DNA from: Flaccisagitta enflata
Taxonomy: Eukaryota
DNA length: 64,000 nucleotides
Direction: 5' to 3'
Assembly (NCBI GenBank): GCA_965153355.1
Contig: OZ231126.1
Location: 15,438,001-15,502,000 of the forward strand
Shown one piece after another: positions 29,598 to 41,612 of this stretch. The notes below the pieces were generated by a model that was not told where the DNA came from, searched no databases, and worked only from the letters and a program-made list of their open reading frames with translations. The position numbers and the translations under genes are program-made. Numbering within the stretch: the first letter of the stretch is position 1; each line of letters opens with the position of its first letter.

Positions 29598-30812
29598 CTT
29601 TTTAGTTGCGCTCACTTGCGCAACTCTGTAACCGGTCATGCCCATTGGTGTTTGTCAGTCCATCCATTGGTCAGTTGGTCTGTATCACTGCTTTTGCGGG
29701 TGGTTATTGCATTACTGCTGCTCCCCAAATGCTTTGTTAAATGTTTAATGGACTGCCCCCGCCCACCCACATGCGACTTAGCTATGTATCCGGCTTAGTT
29801 TTTATTGTATTTAGCATGTATTATTATCCTATATGTTTTTAGTTGCGTGCTACGCGACTCTGCACCCCGCTTTGTCCGTCCGTCGATCGGTCGGTCTCCA
29901 TTTTACTTTTTTGGCGTTTTTGAGCGTTTCAAGCTCATTACTCCTGCCCAAATGCCCCAGTGACCTTCTCCATCACTGCCCCTGCCCACCCGCACGCAAC
30001 TGGGGTAGCCATGTATCCGGCCTTGTTTAGATGCACGCACTCTTTAGCCTGCTATATCTGTTGGTCAGTCCATCACTGTTAGCTTTTTTTGGGCAGCGGC
30101 CCCAAAGGGAATGAAGTCCTGTAGAACACAGGGGGAATTTTGTTGGTCTGTTTGTTCCTTTGTTCATCCCCCCCTCATCAGGTCCCTCAGGCTTCAAATC
30201 TGGCCTCTGAGACCTCAAATCTGGCCTCTCAGGTCTCAAATCTGGCCTCTCAGGCCGCAAATCCAGCCACTCAGGCCTCAAATCCGGCCTCTCAGGCCTC
30301 AAATCCAGCCTCTCAGGCCTCAAATCCAACCTCTCAGGCCTAAAACCTGCTCTCACAGGTCTTGAATTAGGCTTCTCAGACCTCAAATCCAAATTCTCAG
30401 GCCTCAAACCTGGCCTCTTAGGCGTCAAATCAGCTATCTAAGCCTAAATCTATTACTCTCTGGCTTTCAAATCAGTCCTCTGACCTTTCAAATCTTAATC
30501 AAGCTCTCTCAAGCTTCAAGTCAGCCCTCTCAAGCTTCCGATTGGCATTATCAGGCCTTACATCAGGATGAAAAAAAGTCCCCCTGTGTTCTATAGGACT
30601 TCGTCCCCTTTGGGGCCGCTGCCCTGCTCCCCCTCACTCCAATTCACAATCAAAGCAGGGCAATGGGTACCGCTGACCACATATTGCCCTTGGGCGACCT
30701 GTTGGTATTTACAGGTGGTTTTCGCAATGAGCTCTTGCCCAAATGCTTGGGTTGGCCTATTCATGATTGCCCCTGCCCACCCGCACGCCACTTTGGTATC
30801 CGGCCTTTGTTA
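29598..30812 (+). mobile_element. Family-1 HINE-like copies (about 29598-29799, 29835-30027, 30030-30812), the last containing a family-2 copy (about 30085-30703)
   Basis: Termini as for the other family members. Family-2 internal 21-bp repeat AGGCCTCAAATCCAGCCTCTC. Confidence 0.7.
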
Positions 30813-30869
30813 AAACATTTTGTGGCCCTTTAAAGATGTTGTGATCTGTGACCAGAAGTAGAAACGCCC

Positions 30870-32494
30870 CCTATGTTAGGATCTGGTAGTGAGAGGGGAA
30901 GTGGCCCTGAAGAGGCCGGTGACCTCTAATTGGCTTGATTTTGAGCATGAAGGCTTGGGTTGAAGCGTCAAGGGTGGAATCAGAACTTTGATGGTGGGAT
31001 TTGAGCCTCAAGATTAGGTTTAAGTCTTGTGGCTGGTATTTGAGTCTCACAGCAAGAAACTGAGCCTCGAGGCTGTTATTTAAGCCTTGAGGCAAGGATA
31101 TGAACCTTGAGGCAGGAATTTGAACCTCAAGTTGAGTGTTAGCGCCTCGAGGTTTGCATTTGAGCCTCAAAGTGGGGATTTGTGCCTCAAGGGGGTGATT
31201 TGAGCCAATTGGCAAAGGAGTGAGCCTCAAGGCTGGGATGTGAGCCCTGAGGCTGGAATTTGAGCCTTGAAGCTGGGACTTGAGCCTCAAGGATAGGATT
31301 AGAGCCTCAAGGCTAGGATTTGAGCCTCAAGGCTGGGATTTGAGCGTTGGGACTGAAATTTGAGTCTCGAGACTGGAGTTTGAGTTTTGAGACTTTGAGT
31401 TTGAGTTTCGAGACTGGAATTTTGTTCTTAACAGGGATTTCAGCCTCTTGGCTGGAATATGAACCTTGAGGCCAGGATTTCAGTCTCAATGCTGGTACAG
31501 TTGATTTGAATCCCAATCTGTTAGATTTCAAGGGACTAAAACACGACTTAGTCGCGTGCACGCGAATCTACACCTTGCTCTGTTTGTTGGTCGGTTGGTG
31601 TGTCTGCTGGAATTTCAGCATCAATGAAATGCAACAAATGTCTCCTACTTACAGACAATGATCTGATGAGACCAGAAACTTGTAAAGAAAATGTTTGATA
31701 CAAAATCATATAAAAACAAGGCCGGATACACGGCAATCCAATGGCGGATGGTTGGGCAGGAGCAGTAATGCAATAGTCGCAAAAACGTCAGATGGTCAGC
31801 GGTACCCGTTGCCCCTATGTGAGTGTATGTGGGTGTGTGGTGGGTAGAGGGGCAGCGGCCCCGAAGGGGCCGATGACCTATGCTGTTTTTATTTGAGCTT
31901 CAAGGCTGGAATTAGGGCCTGGAGGCTGGGATTTGGGCCTCGAGACCAGATTTGAACTTTGAGGCTGGGATTTGAGCCTGGGGACTGGGATTTTAGCCTC
32001 GAGACTGGGATTTGAGCTTTGAGGCTGGGGTTTGAGCTTTGCGGCTGGGATTTGAGCTTTGAGGCTAGGATTTGAGCCTCCAGGCTGGAATTGGAGCCTC
32101 CAGGCTGGGATTTGAGCCTCCAGGCTGGGATTGGAGCCTCCAGGCTGGGATTTGAGCCTCCAGGCTGGGATTTGAGCCTCCAGGCGAAGATTTGAGCTTC
32201 AAGGCTGGGATTTGAGCCTCAAAGACTAGAATTTGGGCCTCAAGACTAGGATTTGGGCCTTGAGACTAGGATTTGGGCCTCGAGGGGGGGGGGGACGGAG
32301 AAGAAGAAGAAGAAGAAGAAGAAGAAGAAGGAGGAGAAGGAGAAATTTCCCCTATGTGTGAAAGCAAAGGTCATCGGCCCCTTCGGGGCCGCTGCCCAAA
32401 AACCGCGCAGATTTCAAAAATGTGATGGACGCACCGATGGACCTACCGCCCGACCAACACGGCAAGGTGTAGAGTCGCGTGTCCGCGACTTAAA
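30870..32494 (-). mobile_element. Degenerate family-2 copy (about 30870-31540) and a family-1 copy (about 31715-32494) containing a family-2 copy (about 31793-32401)
   Basis: 20-bp repeats GGCTGGGATTTGAGCCTCAA. SubTIR GGGCAGCGGCCCCGAAGGGGCCGATGACC and its inverse. Confidence 0.7.
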
Positions 32495-32722
32495 AATGAT
32501 TGACTCATAATGAGAAACAAAAACAAATCAATAATACAAAAGAAATCTTAAAAAAGTTGTTAGAAATTGTTATTTATGTCTTTTTTTTCGAAGCTCTGCG
32601 ACAGAGGGTTTAGGAAACTCACCATAGTCAGCTTTGGGCTGTGTGATATATTCACGGCGATTTACAAAATGAGCTATTGATCATGGTAGTGAGATGAAAA
32701 TAACCAAGTTTGACTCAGCGTA

Positions 32723-34943
32723 CTTACTATGCTGATGTAAAACAAATTGTATATCTCTGCTCATCGCATTCATTAAATAGTTCCTACGTCAGACTCAAAG
32801 CCAGTCACAGACTGGGGTATCTGCTAGGACACCAATGAAGTATCCAATGGAACAAATCATCAGCCTCTAGTAAGTCAGCCTTCATGGTCTAATGGTTAGA
32901 ACACTTGCCTTCAGAAATGAGGGTCAAGGGTTCGAATCCAGGATGGGCATGAAGGTAACACAGGAGTTTGAGGGAGCGCTTAAAACGCTGAGTCGGTCCC
33001 AAGCCCGACAACTGTGGTGACTTACTATGCTGATGTAAAACAAATTGTATATCTCTGCTCATCGCATTCATTAAATGGTTCCTACGTCAGACTCAAAGCC
33101 AGTCACAGACTGGGGTATCTGCTAGGACACCAAAAAAGTATCCAATGGAACAAATCATCAGCCTCTAGTAAGTCAGCCTTCATGGTCTAATGGTTAGAAC
33201 ACTTGCCTTCAGAAATGAGGGTCAAGGGTTCAAATCCAGGATGGGCATGAAGGTAACACAGGAGTTTGAGGGAGCGCTTAAAACGCTGAGTCGGTCCCAA
33301 GCCCGACAACTGTGGTGACTTACTATGCTGATGTAAAACAAATTGTATATCTCTGCTCATCGCATTCATTAAATGGTTCCTACGTCAGACTCAAAGCCAG
33401 TCACAGACTGGGGTATCTGCTAGGACACCAATGAAGTATCCAATGGAACAAATTATCAGCCTCTAGTAAGTCAGCCTTCATGGTCTAATGGTTAGAACAC
33501 TTGCCTTCAGAAATGAGGGTCAAGGGTTCAAATCCAGGATGGGCATGAAGGTAACACAGGAGTTTGAGGGAGCGCTTAAAACGCTGAGTCGGTCCCAAGC
33601 CCAACAACTATGGTGACTTACTATGCTGATGTAAAACAAATTGTATATCTCTGCTCATCGCATTCATTAAATGGTTCCTACGTCAGACTCAAAGCCAGTC
33701 ACAGACTGGGGTATCTGCTAGGACACCAAAAAAGTATCCAATGGAACAAATCATCAGCCTCTAGTAAGTCAGCCTTCATGGTCTAATGGTTAGAACACTT
33801 GCCTTCAGAAATGAGGGTCAAGGGTTCGAATCCAGGATGGGCATGAAGGTAACACAGGAGTTTGAGGGAGCGCTTAAAACGCTGAGTCGGTCCCAAGCCC
33901 GACAACTGTGGTGACTTACTATGCTGATGTAAAACAAATTGTATATCTCTGCTCATCGCATTCATTAAATGGTTCCTACGTCAGAATCAAAGCCATTCAC
34001 AGACTGGGGTATCTGCTAGGACACCAATGAAGTATCCAATGGAACAAATCATCAGCCTCTAGTAAGTCAGCCTTCATGGTCTAATGGTTAGAACACTTGC
34101 CTTCAGAAATGAGGGTCAAGGGTTCGAATCCAGGATAGGCATGAAGGTAACACAGGAGTTTGAGGGAGCGCTTAAAACGCTGAGACGGTCCCAAGCCCGA
34201 CAACTGTGGTGACTTACTATGCTGATGTAAAACAAATTGTATATCTCTGCTCATCGCATTCATTAAATGGTTCCTACGTCAGACTCAAAGCCAGTCACAG
34301 ACTGGGGTATCTGCTAGGACACCAATGAAGTATCCAATGGAACAAATCATCAGCCTCTAGTAAGTCAGCCTTCATGGTCTAATGGTTAGAACACTTGCCT
34401 TCAGAAATGAGGGTCAAGGGTTCGAATCCAGGATGGGCATGAAGGTAACACAGGAGTTTGAGGGAGCGCTTAAAACGCTGAGTCGGTCCCAAGCCCGACA
34501 ACTGTGGTGACTTACTATGCTGATGTAAAACAAATTGTATATCTCTGCTCATCGCATTCATTAAATGGTTCCTACGTCAGACTCAAAGCCAGTCACAGAC
34601 TGGGGTATCTGCTAGGACACCAAAAAAGTATCCAATGGAACAAATCATCAGCCTCTAGTAAGTCAGCCTTCATGGTCTAATGGTTAGAACACTTGCCTTC
34701 AGAAATGAGGGTCAAGGGTTCGAATCCAGGATGGGCATGAAGGTAACACAGGAGTTTGAGGGAGCGCTTAAAACGCTGAGTCGGTCCCAAGCCCGACAAC
34801 TGTGGTGACTTACTATGCTGATGTAAAACAAATTGTATATCTCTGCTCATCGCATTCATTAAATGGTTCCTACGTCAGACTCAAAGCCAGTCACAGACTG
34901 GGATATCTGCTAGGACACCAATGAAGTATCCAATGGAACAAAT
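32723..34943 (+). repeat. 298-bp tandem array, block 2 (about 7.4 near-identical units)
   Basis: Exact 298-bp periodicity, also visible as repeated 60-aa pseudo-ORFs in the track. Confidence 0.97.
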
Positions 34944-36036
34944 TTTTAGGTTCTAGGTACAATCTCAGAATTCCCTCTGATGACGGCCACTCATATTCCC
35001 CTTAGTGACTCAAAACAATTTTCAAAAGGAAATTTCATTCAGCCAAATTGGTTGTAGTGGGGGGTGCTAAAACTTTTGGCGCCCCATCACGCTGTATTTT
35101 GCGTCCATGTGTAGTGTTTGCGCATCGAGGGAGGCTAAAAATAATTACATCCGTTCTACTGGCTAATGAGAAACCAACTTCATAGACCGTCCACCATAGT
35201 AGTAACGCCATAACTAGGTACATCTGTTGCCTCAGCCAATTCAACACCCCGAAATCCGTTTTTTTGGCAAGAGACACCGAGGATCGTTTTTTGTCGAAGT
35301 CGTTATCGTCATCATCCTCATCGTCATCCTCATCGTCATCATCGCCGTCATCGTCGCCTATCTATGCGGCGTCATCGGCGTCGTTTTTTTGGCGCCGGAA
35401 AGGCGGGAGTTTCCCGGTAATTGCGCCTTTCTGTCTCGACGAAATGGTGTCTGTGGCGCCGTCAGTCTGAAGCGTCCCCAATTAGCGCCGTCTTGTGAGA
35501 CCGGCGCTCCTCGGCGTTCCTCCGGCGCTTAACCGGCGTGGTCCGGCCTGGCTAAAAAGAAGAAGAAGAAAAAAGGAGAGTGTGCGGGAGTTGTTACGAG
35601 TCGAGGCAAGTTTGATGAAAAAAAAAAAAAATATCCGGCGCTTATTCTGTCATCTTGACATTAGGGATGAACTCGATGGTCAACATTGGTGTGTTTGGCA
35701 AGTGTTGAAATGTCGAATACGAGTTATAGATCAATAGCCGTAAAAGCATCAGGTGGTCAGCGGTACTTGTGTCCTGCTGGAGTAGTTAGTGATTAAGTAT
35801 GAGGGAAGGCGCAGGGCAGCGGCACTGAAGGGGTCGATGACCTATGCTTTCATACAAATGTGGAATTTTCTCTCTCTCCTCCTCCTAGAAGCTGGGGGGA
35901 GAGGGGGAAATGGCTGAATTTAGCTGAATTTGGTAGAATTTGGCAGCAATTGGTAGTCGGTAGAATTTGGCAGAATTTAGCCGAATTTGTCAATATTTGG
36001 CAAAATTTGGCAGGATTTGAGTGAATTTGGCAGATA

Positions 36037-36625
36037 CAGTATGATTTTTTTGGAATGCAACATAAGAAACCTATATATATCCGCTCCTGAGCATCGTAGC
36101 AAGATGCCGATTGCACCATTGGATATAGCTCGAAAAACTATTTTTTCTATGTTTTTTCTAATGTCATGATACATCATGACATATGTCTACCACGATGCCA
36201 GTAAAGACGTTGACATCTCTAACATCAAGAAATTGGCTGTCTGATTCTCCCTCCAAAAAGAATGAGGAGGTTCAGTTGGTCAAATAATTGGCAATCAAGG
36301 GGCTTCCATGTGATTTTCTAGTCATACTTTAGAAAATAAATGTGTCATGATTCAGTTGGCCTCACGATCACCAATTATTTGATCAACAGATCTTCTTCAT
36401 CTTTTTTAAAAGGAGAATCAGAAACCCAATTTCGAGATGTTGAAGATGTCAATGTTTTTACTGACTTGATGGTAGAGATACGTCATATTGCATCATGACA
36501 TCCGAAAAGACATAGAAAAAATAGTTTTTTGTGCTCTATCCAATGGTGCAATCCGCATCTTGCTACAATACTTAGGAGCGGAGATATATAGGTTTCTTAT
36601 GTTGCATTCCAAAAAAATCATACTG
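36037..36625. mobile_element. TA-flanked foldback MITE nested in the 10-bp (TTGGCAGAAT) repeats of a family-2 remnant starting at about 35752
   Basis: TA|CAGTATGATTTTTTTGGAATGCAAC...GTTGCATTCCAAAAAAATCATACTG|TA. Arms pair over more than 250 bp. Confidence 0.85.
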
Positions 36626-36804
36626 TATTGGCAGAATTTGAGTAAATTTATTTTTTTTTTTGTCTTGGGATATTTAATCGATGATCAGCTATGCTCTAAT
36701 CAGGAAGAAAATTGAGTTTCATGACGCTAAACCTTGTTGTGGACAAAGTGGGCGGGGCTGTTCTCCTAAGTGACATTGAGTGTGGTTCGGCGGCGGCAAT
36801 GAGA

Positions 36805-37419
36805 CACTGTGCTTTCAAAAAGATTCTATGTGAAAAGTCACATAACAGTGGGTTTTACTGCATTTTTGCATAGTTTTGGGGTGTAATAACATGTAACTAG
36901 CAAAGATAAAATCATTCCTCGAGCGTTTTTTGAATAATCTTCAAAATAAGAAAAAGTTAGATCCATTTTTAATGCAGATTCTATTGAGTTGTATTGACTC
37001 ATTTTTCGATTCCATATTGTTATTCTATGCAAAATTCCCTTTCATTTGATAGGTCGCACTATATGGTTAGACATAGAAATAAGGTTTTTGTTTTTTGAGC
37101 CACCATTATTTTTTTAAAACGGTGACTCTAAAAATTAAATTTTTATTTCCTTGCAAAAGTATAGAGTGCAACCTATCAAATGAAAGGGAATTTTGCATTG
37201 ATAAACAATATGGAGTAAAAAAAAAATCTATACATCTTAGTAGAATCTGTATAGAAAATGGGTTTAATTTTTATCTATTTTGAAGATTACTCAAAAAGCG
37301 CCAGGGGAATGATTTTATTTTTGCTAGTTATATGTTCTTGCACTCCAACACTACACAAATATGCGGAAAAACTCACTGTTATAGGATTTTTCACTCGGAA
37401 TTGTTTTAAAAGCATAGTG
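36805..37419. mobile_element. Foldback MITE with CAC termini and 4-bp TSD (Chapaev-like)
   Basis: GAGA|CACTGTGCTTTCAAAAAGATTC...GAATTGTTTTAAAAGCATAGTG|GAGA, with long imperfect arms. Confidence 0.7.
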
Positions 37420-37620
37420 GAGACGCACAAATATTTGTATTTTGTAAATGCCAAAATTGATAATTATGCGTTAATGGAAATACAAATGTACAGGCCAACT
37501 GACTACTCGCGATGCTGTGGAGATACCGGAATGAGTTTCATAACGGTCTAGATCATCTCTACCGGAAAAGGTGATTAATACCGAGTCACTCGTCTATCTG
37601 GCGCCATTTAATGACGCTTT

Positions 37621-37760
<140 letters not shown>

Positions 37761-37964
37761 CATTTAATGATACCCGGGCTTCGTTTAATTGACACTCAAA
37801 GCGTCATCAAACGACCAGACGGGGATTTTTGCGTCGTACGCCCAGAGACGCCGATAACACCGGCAAAACCCGGCAACGCCGCACTTGCGGCCGTCGCCGA
37901 CGCTGAGAGCTTTATGATAGACTCCCTGGCTAAGCTCACATGTCTCTCTCTCTTTCTCTCCCTA

Positions 37965-38188
<224 letters not shown>

Positions 38189-38752
38189 CCGGGTTCCTAG
38201 GCAGCCGGCCACGTCGTTCCGTCAGCCCAGTTACGCCAACTGTCGGATGTTCTCATCGCGCGTAATGGCCGGCACCGGCCCGGAGAATATGGGCCAGACT
38301 AAAGAAGAATCATGTTCTGACTACGCACGGGGACGAGAGATTTCACAACTGTGGAGAGGACGGCGATGACGGTGACGACGATGACGACGACATCAGAGAC
38401 AACTCCAAAAGAAGTAGAAAAACAGTTTTTCTTTTCCACAATTTTCTTTTGCTTCTTTCGCACTATAGCTGGAAGGAGTGTTATTTTGTTCAAAAACTAA
38501 ATAATAGTAGAGGATAATTTTTTGCTCTTTAGTTGAACCCACAGTACTTAGAGATGTCTACTACTTCTACTATTTCTGTTAACAGCTCCCACACAATAAT
38601 TATGATTTAACAGTTCCTACTACGTGGTTTCGAGAATCATGAAACCCTACTCCATTAGGATAAAACATCATTAACACGCTTGGTTCGTGTCCCTGAAGTA
38701 ACACGGGTGTATCTCCCCACATCTGAATCATTCTTACAAAGATTGATTTGCG

Positions 38753-38829
<77 letters not shown>

Positions 38830-38834
38830 GCTCT

Positions 38835-39010
<176 letters not shown>

Positions 39011-39354
39011 ATTTCGATTTGCAAATTGCGGTTACCTCTTATAGGCGTTGATTGCCATACCTATCAGGACGTACTGATCGAGGAGTAGATTTTTTAAAAC
39101 TAACTCTAGTAGTTCTGCATTCTAGAATAAAGTCGAGCTATTGCATGACCTAATGGAATATCTGGATCGTTGTTTACAGTATAGCGCCGCAGGTCTGCGA
39201 AAAGTGTTTGCGAAGCCTTAAATTGTCAAAATATAAAAGATCAGTACTTGTATTATGCAATTACGGTAACAACTGTTTTGGTCAATTACTTTGAGAGGCG
39301 TCCTTGGTAGCCCTTGCCTGTGGGGCTCCGTAAATCAGCACCTTGATATTTTTT

Positions 39355-40840
39355 TTTTTAGTCGCGTGCACGCGACTCTATGACCCACTCTGTCCGTCTG
39401 TCTGTCGGTCGGTCCGTCGGTCACACTTAGCTTTCGTTAGCTTTTTTTTGTTGCTTTATGTTATTTTAAGTCATTTCAGGTCATTTTAAGTTATTCTTTG
39501 TCATTCTAAGTCCTTCTAAGTCATTCTAAGTCACTCCAAGTCATTCTAAGTCACTTTAAGTCATTTTTTGACTTTTGAAGTTTTTGTTGTTTTATGTCAT
39601 TTTAAGTCATTTTAAGTCATTTTAAGTCATTTTAAGTCATTTTAAGTTATTCAAAGTCATTCTAAGTCATCCTAAGTCATCTTAAGTCATTCTAAGTCAT
39701 TCTTAGTCACAAAGTCATTTTTTGACTTTTGAAGTTTTTGTCATTCTACACCATTTAAAGTTATTTCAAGTCATCTCAATTCATTTCAAGTCATTCTTAG
39801 TAATTCTAAGTTATTTTAAGTCTGGTTTGAGTCTGGTTAAGTCTGGTTAAAGTCTGGTTCAAATCTGGTTTAAGTCTGGTTTAAGTCTGGTTTAGTTCAG
39901 GTTTAAGTCTGGTTTATGTCTGATTCTGGTCTGGTTCATGTCTGGTTTAAGTCTGGTTTTAGTCTAGTATAAGTTTGGCTTAAGAGTTAAATCATTCTTA
40001 GTCATTCTGAGTCACTAGAAGTCATTCTGAGTCACTAGAAGTCATTCTGAGTCACTATAAGTCAGTCCGAGTCTGTAAGGTTTAGCATTTTTTCACCGTT
40101 TTATGTCTTTTCAAGTCATTTTAAGTCATTTTTAGTCAATCTTAGTCATTCTAAGTCATTCTAAGTCATTCTAAGTCAATTTAGGTCATTTTTTTTTTGT
40201 GATTGCAGTTTTTGTCATTTTTTGTCATTTTACATCATTCTAAGTCATTTGAAATCATTTTAAGTCATTTTAAATCATTTTAAGTCATTTTTAGTCATTT
40301 TAAGTCATTCTTTGTCATTCTGAGTCACTATAAGTCATTCCATTTTACATCATTTTAAGTCTGGTTTAGATCTGATTTAAGTTTGGTTAAGGTCTGGTTT
40401 AAGTTTGGTTAAGATCTAGTTTAAGTCTGGTTTAAGTCTGGTTTAGGTCTGGTTTAGGTCTGGTTTAAGTCTAGTCTGGTTTGAGTCTAGTTTGAGTCCG
40501 GCTTGAGTCTGGCTTGAGTATGCTTTGAGTCTGGCTTGAGTCTGCTTTGAGTCTGGCTTGAGTCTGGCTTGAGTCTGGCTTGAGTCTGGCTTGAGTCTGG
40601 CTTGAGTCTGGCTTGAGTCTGGCTTGAGTCTGGCTTGAGTCTGGCTTGAGTCTGGCTTGAGTCTGGCTTGAGTCTGGTTTAAGTCTGGTTTAAGTCTGGT
40701 CTAAGTCTGGTTTAAGTCTGGTTTAAGTCTGGTTTAAGTCTGATTTAAGTCTGGATTAAGTCAATGAAATGATACAATAAGGAGTCAGGTCAATTCAGTT
40801 ACCATCATCTCGCACGCGACTTAAAGGTGTTGGCCTTGTT
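39355..40840 (+). mobile_element. Family-1 HINE-like element expanded to about 1.5 kb by internal 10-11-bp tandem repeats
   Basis: Intact 5' palindrome and 3' CGCACGCGAC..GGCCTTGTT. Interior (AAGTCATTTT)n, (AAGTCTGGTTT)n and (GAGTCTGGCTT)n. Confidence 0.8.
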
Positions 40841-41581
40841 TTTTTTGAAATTACTGGTCATATTCACCCACTCATTCAATCTCTATTCGACTACAACATC
40901 CGTCCGTCGATCCCTATTTAGGTCCATTGCATTGTTCCTACAATGCGGTCAATTGTGCGACCGATTGACCGACTTACAGACAGATGGACAGACAGAAAGG
41001 CAGACTGACATTATTTCTTATGGACATTCTTTTTTTCTGCTGACATTAGACCCCTCAAGACATAGTGGATGGATCGGCGCCAGTTGGTCGAGACGATTCC
41101 ATAACGACAACTCTGGCGCCCGTCAGAGCGTCAGATAGCGTCATTTAGTCGCCCATTAACCGGTCGTTGTCAGCCACCCGGGCATCCTAGTCATCCACGC
41201 CGCTGCCGCTGCCGCTGCCGCAGCCGCAGCCACCACCACCGCTCCTGCCGCAGCCGCCTTCCTCACGCCCGGGTTCTTTTTCTTCTTTCGGCTCGACGCG
41301 TGATTAACAACTATTATTAACCGTCATTACTACGCGCGCGTGTCTTATATACTCAACCTCCTCATCCACAAATGTCCTACCTTCCTCTTCATCTTTCCGC
41401 TCAAAATCTCCATCTCTTTTTTTTTCCTCCTTCTTCACTTCCTTCTTCTCCTCCTTCTTCTTCTCCTTCTTCTCCTTCTCCTTCTTCTCCTTCTTTTCCT
41501 TCTTCTTCTTCTCCTTCTTCTTCTTCTTCTTCTTCTTCTTCTTCTTCTTCTTCTTCTTCTTCTTCTTCTTCTTCTTCTTCT

Positions 41582-41609
<28 letters not shown>

Positions 41610-41612
<3 letters not shown>

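Larger units (their letters stand above)
29343..32722. mobile_element. hAT-like non-autonomous element (8-bp TSD) inserted in the 298-bp array and itself filled with HINE-like elements
   Basis: TSD CTTACTAT at 29335-29342 and 32723-32730. TIR TACGTTGATTC / GACTCAGCGTA. Subterminal inverted motif CCTCTGTCGCGGAG (about 29458) / CTCTGCGACAGAGG (about 32595). Confidence 0.8.
28605..35111. mobile_element. TA-flanked element with about 170-bp TIRs (Tc1/mariner-type MITE) enclosing the 298-bp ribozyme array
   Basis: TA|CACATGGACGCAAAATACAGCGTGATG...CATCACGCTGTATTTTGCGTCCATGTG|TA. Inverted similarity continues over about 28605-28783 versus 34940-35111. Confidence 0.85.

Noticed and set aside
31663-31690. 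Hammerhead core CTGATGA-GACCA-GAAAC-TTGTA
   Set aside because: No proper stem II closure and no stem I pairing in the flanks.
32723-34943. CRISPR array
   Set aside because: Whole units repeat with no unique spacers, and the context is eukaryotic. The same applies to 13244-13676, 18098-18940 and 58780-59722.
35362-35551. Minus-strand terminal coding exon after a strong acceptor
   Set aside because: All three frames hit stops within about 30 codons.
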